Shown here: positions 12,310 through 22,566 of the stretch, piece by piece
Layout of the letters: every line of letters starts with the position of its first letter
Numbering within the stretch: the first letter of the stretch is position 1
From: Sminthopsis crassicaudata
Lineage: Eukaryota
Direction of reading: 5' to 3'
Assembly: GCF_048593235.1 (NCBI RefSeq)
Contig: NC_133618.1
Span: forward strand, 206,388,221-206,452,220
DNA length: 64,000 nucleotides
Notes under the pieces: model-generated
Database searches by the model: none
The model's input: the letters and a program-made list of their open reading frames with translations, nothing else
Told to the model about the DNA's origin: nothing
Program-made: the position numbers and the translations under genes

Positions 12310-12406
12310 TGGGGTTGGGTGGGGAAGGAGTGGAGGGAAGGAGGGTGGGTCAGGCCCCGCAAGTTTGGTTGGCCGGTAGGCTGCGGCTTCGGCCACGGGG
12401 TTTCCT

Positions 12407-12451
12407 CCAATTAGATCCAGGGTAAAATCACGTCACTGTTGCCATGGCGAT
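12407..12451 (-). promoter_or_regulatory. RFX X-box + CRE-like + inverted CCAAT composite
   Basis: Minus strand ATCGCCATGGCAAC-AG-TGACGTGA-16 nt-ATTGG. Confidence 0.6.
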
Positions 12452-15400
12452 GAAGTTACAACCCCCTCCTTTCTCTCACTCAGCTTGGGTGCGGCACGAG
12501 ACCGCGTTGGGCTCTCTGGACCTCTACTTGGGGCGACTAATAACGTATGCTTCCCTTGCAGCTGCTCTTGCTGCATTGGGCCGTTCGGCTCCACTGCGGC
12601 TTTAGCTGGTCCTGGAGCGGCTGCGACTTGTGCTGTGCAGCTCTGGGATGAGGTGACATAATCGGCTGCTTTCCGCCCACCCTCCCTTAGTCTTGACAAA
12701 GGCTACCCCGGGTTCCGTGCGGCCTCAGCCACTCCGTCCCCAAGCCCCCATCCCATCCTCCCACCGAAGAATGCGATTGGGGCTGCGAATTAGGAATAAT
12801 CGCATCCCTATTATGAAAGCAATTAGTTACCAGAAAACCGAAGCAAAATGGCTTAAGAGAGGCTTTTACCGGTTAAACTCTAGCTTTAAAAAGTTCCACA
12901 CGCCCTCCGCAAGCTAGAGAAGGATACTAGTTTTTGGTTTCTCAAACATTCTCATCTCAAAAGATAGCGTAATAAAAACCTTTGGCACGCGCTAGCGGTG
13001 GAACCCTGGGCAAGTCACTTCCCCCTGTTTGCCTCGGTTTCCCCATCTGTGAAAGGAGCCGGAGAAAGAAAAGGCCAACTACTGTAGAAGCTTTGTCCAA
13101 AAAGGAAGGGTCAGACTAAAAGCCACAGAGCGCAGCAATCTGCGTGACCTTTGCCTTTGAGCCTTGATTCTTGGCAGATAAAACGAGGGAGGTTGGAATA
13201 GCTGATGGCCAAGGTCTCTTTCATCAATAAGCATCTAGTAAATGGCTAACTTCTTGGGCCCGGCAGGGATGCCCAGAAGGAAGCAATCTCTCCTCTTCAG
13301 GTGTTTACATTCTAATAGGGAAACCAGTACGTTGGTCATCAAAGAAAATAACCCAGGGCAGCCTGAAAGGAAAGGCACTAGCAGGGGAGACAGAGGAAAG
13401 ACAAAAAGTCCCTGAGCAGGACTTTTGCCAATCACTGAATTTTAAGTTAGAAAGAATCTTACACGTGATGTCATTCCCTCCCCCCCAATCCACACCTGCC
13501 TTTTGCAAAAGGGGAAACTGGCACTCAAAGAAATCCCCATAACCAAGACCTAGGTTGTCTACTATTTTCCACAGTTTTTGAGCTGGAATTTCAGAGACCA
13601 CCCCTCCATTTCCCCCTTCCTTCTCCTGGGCTCTCTGGGTTTCCACCTCTGATCACCTCTTGTGGATAGCAGAAAGAACACCACCAAAATTCAAGAACCT
13701 CTCACTGTTAGGAACCACCTATCTGTGACCTTGGAGGGCATTTCCCTCTGAGCCCTAGTGTCTTCATCTTTTTAAAACTTTTCTAATTCAATGCAACAAA
13801 CATTTATTAACCACATATTCCAAGAACTGTGATGAATGATAGGGGCACAAATAAGAACGACAGTCCCTACTCTCAAGCAATTTACAATCTAATAGGGGAA
13901 GAAGACATAGAAAAATATATTTCCTTCACTTCCTAAGTAAGGAACATTATGCAGCAAGGTGCCTTTGCAAGTTGCTTGGGCTGGAAAATGCCTGTTAGTT
14001 AGTTAGAATTCCCTAATGAGTGGGTTATTAAAGGCCAAGGAATAGGAAGGAACTTTAAATTCCCAAAACAGAATGCAACATATTTGGAGAATCTCTAGAA
14101 TGAAAGGGCTGAATCCAGGAAGGGATGGGAATATGTCCAAACCCTTTCCAGAAATAAGCACAGCCTTATAATAAGCACACGATTCCTTACCTATACTAAA
14201 TCCTCAAAAATGTAAGAATTTCATTTGAGAAAAAAGTTCCTATTTTGATAAGAAATAGAGACTTAGTTTATGGAGGCATAGTGCATGACTTCATGTAAAA
14301 ATGTCCTGACCTTCCGAACATAAGGCCCCTGGTGTTATTCCTGGAATCCCTGGGGCAGGGCTTCAGACACAAGTGTTTATAGTTGTATAGACTAGGCAAG
14401 AACAGGACCCTGAGAAATCCCAGTGGAAAGAATTTGCATGCGGAAGGGGACATGATAGGTCAGATAAAATGCTTTCTGTGTAACCATTGCATTTCAACAA
14501 GGCTAACATAAGAGCTAGATTGGACTAGTAAAAACACTGAAAGCCTGAGCCTGTGTCAGAGGTTGTTAAGCAAGTGTTAGGAGGCTGAACCAGAGGCAGT
14601 CATAGTGGGTGTGCTGGCTTCATAGGATTCCAGAGGTATTTATGTGATAGAGGGCCTGCTGCTCAAGCAGAGGGAGGCAGTATATTGTAGTAAAAAGGGC
14701 ATAAGACTGGAGGTCAGGAAGCCTTTCTGTGAAAAATTAGAAAGTAATATGGAAGGAACAGAGGATTTGGTGGCAAAAGTCCTGGGTCCTAACTCTATCA
14801 CATAATTATGCGGTTTGAGATCTAAAATGTGCTTAAAAACAAAGATATTCATAAATATCTGAGTAGTATTTTTCATTCAGAATGCCCAGATATTATCTGT
14901 ATATTTGTCAATAAGAACTAATTAAACACCTACTATGTGCCAGACCTTCAATATCAAAAGAGGGGCCCCCCAAAATGGTTCTTGAACTTAAGGAACACAC
15001 ATTTTAATGGGGGAGACAACAAATAAACAGATGTTACCTACAGCCCTTTCCTTTCTTCCTAGTATTCTTATATTTAATCCCTTCCATATACTCTGTGATC
15101 TCACTAAATCACTGACCTTTTCCCTGTTGTTCTTTGCATATATTTCATGACTTCCTTTGTTTTTTATTTTTTTTAATGGACTGCTCCCAATGAGAGGAAT
15201 ACTCTTCTTTCACATTTATGCCTCTTGGTTTTTGTACATACAGGTTTTACACACACACATACACATATTCCTATATATTCATAGAGAGGAGGTGTCTATA
15301 TATACCTACATATTGTCATATATATATGCATATATGTATGCACAAGTACCTAATACTTTTAATAGTACTATGTGCCCTGCACTGGGCACTGAGCTTTTTA

Positions 15401-16540
15401 AAATTATCTCATTTGATCCTCACAGACAATCTAGGAGGTAAGTGCTGTTAGCACACCAATTTTATAGATGAGGAAACTGAGACAAACAGATGTTAAGTGA
15501 ATTGCTGATCACACACATGGGCATATAAATATATGTATATATGCAGTGCAGATGGGAGATGATTTCAGACAAAAGGCCTTGAGAGGCTGGAGAGGATAGG
15601 AAATTGGGAAAGCCCTCTAGCAGAAAGTAACATCTGAGATGAGAGTTGAAAAAAACCAAGAGACAGATGAAAGGAGGGTGTTTCTCACATTGGGGGTAGT
15701 TCATGAAAAGGAACTGAATAAGAATTGGAATCATTATATATAAAGAACAGAGAGGTCATGATCTAGTGAGATCACAGAGAATACAGAAGGGATTAAGTAT
15801 GGGAAGGAAGGGGACAGCTTAAAGCCAAAGAGAAGATTTTTATATTTGATCTTGGAGGTAATGGGAGCCACTGGAGTATATTAGGTGTGTTACTGAGGGA
15901 AACAAAGAAAAGGGGAAGGGACAACCATTTAGTAAATGCCTACTATGTGCCACACATTGTGCCAATTACTTTATAAATACCTCATTTGGTGGTCAGAGCT
16001 GCATTATCATTTAATCTCAGTTTTTGTTTTCTTATCTGTAAAATGGACATAATACTAAGGTACCATTTACCCTACAAATCTAAGAAGCAAGTGAAATATT
16101 TGGGAAAGTACTTTGTAAACCATGAAGCACTATGCAAATGTCAGCTATTACTTATGACCTTTGGCCAGTTTATGGTTTACCCTGTACCTCAGTTTCTTCT
16201 ATCATAAAATTGAGATACTTTTTATCAACTTACTCTTCTACTGGGTTATAAAGATGCCAAACAATCATGGAAAAAATGAAGAGGAGAGTAGTTTATTAAT
16301 GTTTAGGAAAAGTAGTTTGGAGCCATTTTGGGTAAGTTATTTTACTTACCTGTCCTTCAAGACATGATTTTTTAAAATTTTTGGTTTATTCATTTATTCA
16401 ACAAACATTTTTTAATGTAACAGGTTGATACACAGCACAGTACCCTGGAAAAGCTCTGAAGGTGAAACAAAGCATGGGCTTTGAGAGATGACACAAACAT
16501 AGATAAATATACACAATATAACACAGTAAATGCATTACAG

Positions 16541-16723
16541 TAGAGGATCTTAACCTTTTTTGGGGAGCCATGGACTCTTGATAACCTGTTGAAACTCTTC
16601 TCAGAATAATATTTTAAATGCATGAAATAAAATAGATAGTATTATGAAGTAATTATGTTGAAATATTTATCAATATTTTTTCTTAGATAGATAAGTTCAC
16701 CCACTCTGAGTCAAGAACTCCTT
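16541..16723. mobile_element. Old hAT-Charlie-type MITE
   Basis: Degenerate TIRs (agaggatcttaacct ... agtcaagaactcctt) around an AT-rich core cttctcagaataatattttaaatgcatgaaataaaa typical of Charlie MITEs. Confidence 0.55.
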
Positions 16724-16727
16724 GAGG

Positions 16728-16973
16728 TTGTTATTCAATTGTATCCAACTCTTTGTGACCCAACCTGGAAGGTTTTTTTTGGCAAAAATATTGGAGTGTT
16801 TTGCTATTTCCTGCTTCAATACATTTTATAGATGAGGAAACTGAGGCAAACAGAGTAAAGTGACTTGACTAGGATCACACATCTAGTAAGTGTCTGATGC
16901 CAGATTTCAACTGGAGAAGATGAGTCTCCCCTACCCCATACGGAAAACTTTATTCACTGGGCCACCTTGCTGC
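16728..16973 (-). mobile_element. MAR1-type CORE-SINE
   Basis: ttggcaaaaatattggagtgttttgctatttcc...agatgaggaaactgaggcaaacagag. Confidence 0.8.
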
Positions 16974-19123
16974 TGAAGAACTGCATTAGAGAAATGAAAA
17001 CCAAAAAAAAAACTCTTGAAGTCCAATAATCTTGAATCCAGTTTTCAGTACCTAGGAGAACCTTGTGAAGAAAAGAAAAAGGATTACAGTTTTGAAAATT
17101 TAGAGCTGAAAGTCACTTTCTATCATTTAACCAAACCCCCATTTTACAAATGAAAAAACTGAGATCCCAAAAATGTTTAATGCCTCCTAATTGATCAATT
17201 GTGAATACTTATTACTTTGTACCTGGGCTGCCCTGGCGGGGAAGACATACCTAGTGACATCATCCCTGCTTTCAAGAAGCACGCAGTCCTAATATGAAAT
17301 AGGAGCATGCTCAAAGTCCGCATCCATAATTTGGAGGAAGATTACTGGGTGCTTGTAACAAAGCAAGGACAGAGTTTTCTAATAATCCCTGCCAGCCTTC
17401 TCGTTCTCTTTCTGGGCTCCCTCCTCCCCCTGGTCCAGGGAGGTAACGTAAGGGTGTGGTGCGAGAAAATGTGAGGGAGAGATAAAGGCTGTCTCACAGT
17501 GTCGTTCTTGTAACTGGGGGAGCTCCGCTCCGCCGAGTATCTACCTTAGGTCTATATTGCAAAGAAGAATAAGCTGGTTCTCTGAGAACCAGAAGTCTTA
17601 CGCGCTGTTCATTTTCCACCATCGGGATCAAGTCGGGGAACATTCTCCTCCTCACATCTGGCATTTAATTTACAGACATCTGAGCAGAGCTGTTATTCAG
17701 AATCCTAATATACTTATCACCATCTTTATTTGATCATTTCCTGTGATTCAAGATCTTTTCTCTCACGGAGTTAGGTACATACATACACACGTGCTCACAA
17801 ACACACATGGAAGAACCAAAAGTACACTGGTGGACACCCAAGTCTCCCATGCAGAAATATAACCAAAGCACTTCGGGGGGAGGGGGGAGGGGGGCAGACG
17901 TAGGCATGGCTGCTTGGGAAAAGTACCTTGTAGGAAGAAAGGGACCCGTGTTCAAGTCCTAGCTTCCCAACTAGCTACTTTTGTGATCGTACTCTCTGGG
18001 TCTGCTTCTTTCTCAGTAAAATAAAGGGGAATGGATTGCATGACCTGTAATTCTAGCTCCTAATTCATCTTAGTCCTTAATTAATTTAGCATTCTATGCA
18101 ATTATGGCAAAAAGCTAAGGTTCATTATTTAATCTTTTTTGTCCTCTTCTTAGATCTTTATCAAACTCTTTACACTCCATTCTCCTCATAGTGATCCACT
18201 GTCCTCTTTCAAAATCTGCTCCTTGTAAGGAAATTGATAGAAGCAGTTACTTATTTCTATACTTAGATGTACTTCATCACTGGATTTCTTCCACTTGTGC
18301 AAACTATAATCCTTTCCCCACCCCCCACCTTCTTGTCTTGTATAATTCTCCTTAAAGGCCTCCTTATAAATCCATCATAAAGGCTCCTCATCTTGGCTAA
18401 CATCTATATAGCTCTTGTTGTGTGCCAGGCATCTACTAAGTACTTTATAATTATTATCTCAAGAAAAATTTATTAAGTACTCACTATGTGCCCAGCTCTG
18501 TGCTAAATGCTGCACAAATATATTTGATAGACAGCTAGGCAACACAGTGGATAGAGCACTAGGCCCGAATTCAGGCAGACAAGCCCAAATCTGGAGCCAA
18601 CGACCTGTTCAAGGTCATGTAGCTAGTTAGTAATGTAACTAAGATGTCTGGAGATAGTGTGGACGTCAATGAATTTGGAGGCAGAAGATCTGTGTTGGAA
18701 ACCTACTTTATTTAAACTGTTCATCTACGAATGAGGATGCAGATAATGCACACTTGTCTTGCCTACTTGTGAGAAATAAATGAGAAAGCACATGAACATG
18801 CTTTCTAAATTATAAAATACTATATGTTATCATATATAATGTGTGTGTATTATCATTAACCCAGGCCTTCTAATTCCACACATTGCTCTTCCCCAAATTC
18901 TGCATTGCCATTCCTTATTGTCTCTGACTTCTGAATCATAGGCTTCAGTATTGAGGGTGAGGTTTGGATAGTGGGGAAGGTTTTTAGAGAGCTTCTTGAC
19001 CAACTTCTCTTTTTAAAAAGTCTTTTGGCTCTATTTTAATATTTCTGTTATGCCATTGATTCATTAATTTCTATTTGGTCCATTCTAATCTTCTTGTTCT
19101 TGTTCTCCTCCTTCTCCTTCTTC

Positions 19124-19263
19124 TTTTGCTTTTATGAGACAATTAGGGTTAAATAACTTACCCAGAGTCACACAACTAGTAAATGTTAAGTGTCTGAGGT
19201 CATATTTGAAGGTCCTCTTGACTTCAGAGCCTCTGCTCTATCCACTTTGCCATCTAGCTGCCC
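19124..19263 (-). mobile_element. WSINE1-type SINE
   Basis: Same head, core and tail as the 8042 copy, more diverged. Confidence 0.78.
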
Positions 19264-20480
19264 AATTTCTTAATTTTTTAAGTTATGAGGAAAATAAGAA
19301 CTCCCCAAATTAAATAACTTTCCTGAGGCAGTAAGTGGCAAAGCCAAAACTTGATCATAAGTCTTTTAAATGCAGTGCTTTTTAAAATTGAATCACATTG
19401 TTAGTTCTAGTCTGAATTGATCCAAACAATACATACAGATCAAATTTGCCAGGCTGGATTCTAAATCACATCTTCCATCTTTTTATTATGTATTTGTAAA
19501 ATACACATTGAATGCAATGCTGTGTATTACAATTAGCAATGTTTGTACTGTATTTATTGGTATGCTTTATGAGGACAAGGACATATCTTATATAAATGCT
19601 ATATTTTCCTTAACAGCAGTCTTTACATATAGTCAACAGTCTAGTTAACCTGAATGAATTTGGGGCTTATGACTAGGAGATGAATTATATTTCTAAGTTA
19701 TAGATAAGAATAAATATATGTAAATAGGCATCATGACTTAGTACAAACCCTCACAAAATAACATAAGATAACTTGCTTAAAGAATATATATTTCTCTGTG
19801 CCTTATTTTCTTCACGTATGAAATGGGGCACAGAGAAATTAAGATCCTTACCATTATACTTACTGGTCTTTAATCAGAAAGTATTCATTAACTTCTTACT
19901 GTGTAAAAAGTGTGGTGTAAGGAACTGTGATATTCAGAAATGAGACACTTCTGGATAAGCCATAGGAATTGACCTTGAGTAGTTTAAAATATTGTATCTG
20001 GCATAGGAGATAGAAGATGGCTTTTTGCCCAGGAAAACCTGGGTTCATATCATGCCTCTGACCTTTATTACCCATGTGTTTCCTATCAAGTTATTTAACC
20101 TCTTGATTAACCATTCGGATTGCAATGTAATGAATTTATAAATCCTTGACATATTGATCTGCCAGAGCTTTTGCTCCACTCATGTAGCCTCAGAGAACCC
20201 TGAGTCTTTGGAGGAGGACCATAGCAGAGGGAAAAGGTAATTTAAATGAGTGTTTCTTCAGAGTAGAGCAAGAGTAAAGACAGAAAAACAGAAGTTTAAC
20301 TTGTAAAATTTGAAAATTAAGAACAGGGAATATACAGCCTAATCTAATACATAAAACAACAATGATGACCACAAGGATAAATCCTTCTATTATATATTTG
20401 GGCTAGAATAGAAAGAGAAAAAAAAATTGTTTGTTTTGTTTTTCTATGTGTCCCCAGCACCTAACATGGTGCCTGACACA

Positions 20481-20684
20481 TTTTGTTGTCCGATTTTGTC
20501 TGACTCAGCCTGGTATATCTTTCTCCACTTCATTTTACAGGCAAGGAAACTGAGGCAAACAGGGTGAAGTGACTTACCCAAGATCACACAGCTAGTAAGT
20601 GTCTAAGATTGAATTTAAACTCAGGAAGATGAATCTTCCTGACTCCAGCTTTAGCAACCTATACACTGCATAACATACCTGCTC
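20481..20684 (-). mobile_element. MAR1-type CORE-SINE
   Basis: aggaaactgaggcaaacagggtgaagtgactt...ctcaggaagatgaatcttcctgactcc. Confidence 0.75.
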
Positions 20685-21703
20685 CTCTGACATATAGTAT
20701 ATAGTAATTGATAGATTGATAAGAAAAAATAATACCTCCATATATACTGGAAGGAATATAGAGCATGGATGTTGTCTAGTGCAATCCCATCATTTGATTC
20801 TTCCTTTTTCTCCCCCAATACTGAATTCCCATATTGAGGATAGAGAAAGTGCATATAAATGTCAAAATTATTATTAAGCAATACTCTCTGAGCAGCTTGG
20901 CTCACAAATATTTTAGTAGTGACACTGTAATAAAGGCCATGGGATCTCTTTGCTTTAGTGTTAATTAGAATAAGGTCTGCGATACATCTTTGGGTCATTT
21001 TTGTTCATTATTAGCTTTTGATCAGCTTCATTAGAAAAAAAAAAAAAAAAGACATCTACTCAGAGCAGCTTGTGATCATAACTGGGAGAAATCAAAGATC
21101 TTCCCAAGATCTTCAAAGCAGTTTCTGCCTTAGGTAAAGTTACTGGAACTTTAAAGTTGAGCTGGTTGGACATGCCTCTGTGCTTTAGCCAGTTGTTGAC
21201 AGAACTTGACAAATAGTGAGCCTGTTTTTTTTTTTTTTTTCCCCACTCTTTTTTGGTTTTCTTTTTAAATGATTTGCTTTGAAGATCTTACAACATTGTT
21301 GCACTCCCATAAGAAAAATCAGAGTTGACAATCTCAGGCAAAGAAATCATAAGAGATTTGAAAATTCTCCTCTCCTTTCTTAAAACCTTTCCTAGTCCCT
21401 TTCCTCTCTTTCTCTGTACCAGCTAGCCTATCTTTTATCATTTCCTTATAGCTCCATGCAGAACTACATCTACCAAGTGCTATTTTTGTCTTAGTTTTTA
21501 TAAATTCTTAAGATGGTAGAGATGAAGATGTTAGTAAGTTACCCAGAATGTGCCATTTTACTATATAATTGGGAGATGTCTTAATAATACATATTCTTAT
21601 TAACTGTAATCAAAAAAATTCTATTGTGATATTCAGTTAACTGCCAACACTTACACAATAGTTATGCCATATATTTTGAATGCCATTTGATAAAGTTTAA
21701 TAA

Positions 21704-21855
21704 TTTTTTTTTTTTTTTGGCTAAGGCAATTGGAATTAAATGACTTGCTCAGGATCACACAGCCAGGAAGTGTTAAGTATCTGAGATCAAATTTGAACGC
21801 AGGTCCTCCTGACATCAAGGCTGGTGCTTTAGCCACTATACCAACTAGTTGCCCC
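21704..21855 (-). mobile_element. WSINE1-type SINE
   Basis: Poly-T tail, gcaattggaattaaatgacttgc core, head ending agttgcccc. Confidence 0.82.
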
Positions 21856-22103
21856 TAAGAATAATAATTTTTATATGACATGACTTTTTATAAATTCTTC
21901 ACTCTATGATGGAATGCTATGTTATAGTCACAAAGTGATCATAGCAAGTTACTTTATTTTTCTGAACTCACTTTACCTCATGTGTACACTGAAGGGCTTG
22001 GATCAGATGATCTCTAAGATTTCTTGCAGCTCATTGACTATTCTGGGAAGAAAAAGCAAGGACAAAAATCAACAGATGTTATATTTATTGTGCTTTTATT
22101 TAA

Positions 22104-22256
22104 AAAGTTAGGAGTAAGTGGCGCAGTGGATAGAACATCAGCTCTGAAGTCAGGAGGACCTGAGTTCAAATCTGGCCTCAGACACATAACACTTCCTAGC
22201 TGTGTGGTCCTGGGCAAGTCACTTAATTCCAATTGCCTCAGCAAAAAAAAAAAAAG
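22104..22256 (+). mobile_element. WSINE1-type SINE
   Basis: gtggcgcagtggatagaac (A box), gagttcaaatc (B box), core, A-tail. Confidence 0.85.
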
Positions 22257-22445
22257 GGATAGAAGAAATATTGAGATAATGTACCATCTAGTTTTCTGCT
22301 CCTGCTTAGTACTCTAATAATATACTTTTCTTCAAGACTCAATCTAAAGCCACCTTATTCATGAAGCCTCTGATTCCTCACTCTACAGTTGAGAGTGATC
22401 TCTCCATTCTCAAATTTTTTTTTTTTTTTAAAGGATAACTGGTTT

Positions 22446-22566
22446 CCTTTTGGGGAGGCAATTGGGGTTAAGTGACTTGCCCAGTGTCACACATTCAGCA
22501 AGTGTTAGAGACCAGGAGATTCCAGGGCCAGTTGTTCTATCCACTGATGTACTACCTAACTGTTCC
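22446..22566 (-). mobile_element. WSINE1-type SINE, internally deleted
   Basis: gcaattggggttaagtgacttgccc core and head remnant ctatccactg..acctaactg. Confidence 0.7.

Larger units (their letters stand above)
10560..13030. promoter_or_regulatory. CpG island / YWHAQ promoter
   Basis: Abrupt switch to high GC and dense CpG against a CpG-poor background; covers exons 1-2 and upstream sequence. Confidence 0.93.

Noticed and set aside
10889-12917. About 20 overlapping ORFs of 68-161 aa on both strands
   Set aside because: Pro/Gly/Arg-rich, low-complexity frames expected from stop-codon scarcity in a CpG island; many start at non-ATG codons; no recognisable domains.
21165-21180. p53 half-site GGACATGCCT (others near 39607 and 51298)
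   Set aside because: Isolated half-sites with no adjacent partner; expected by chance.
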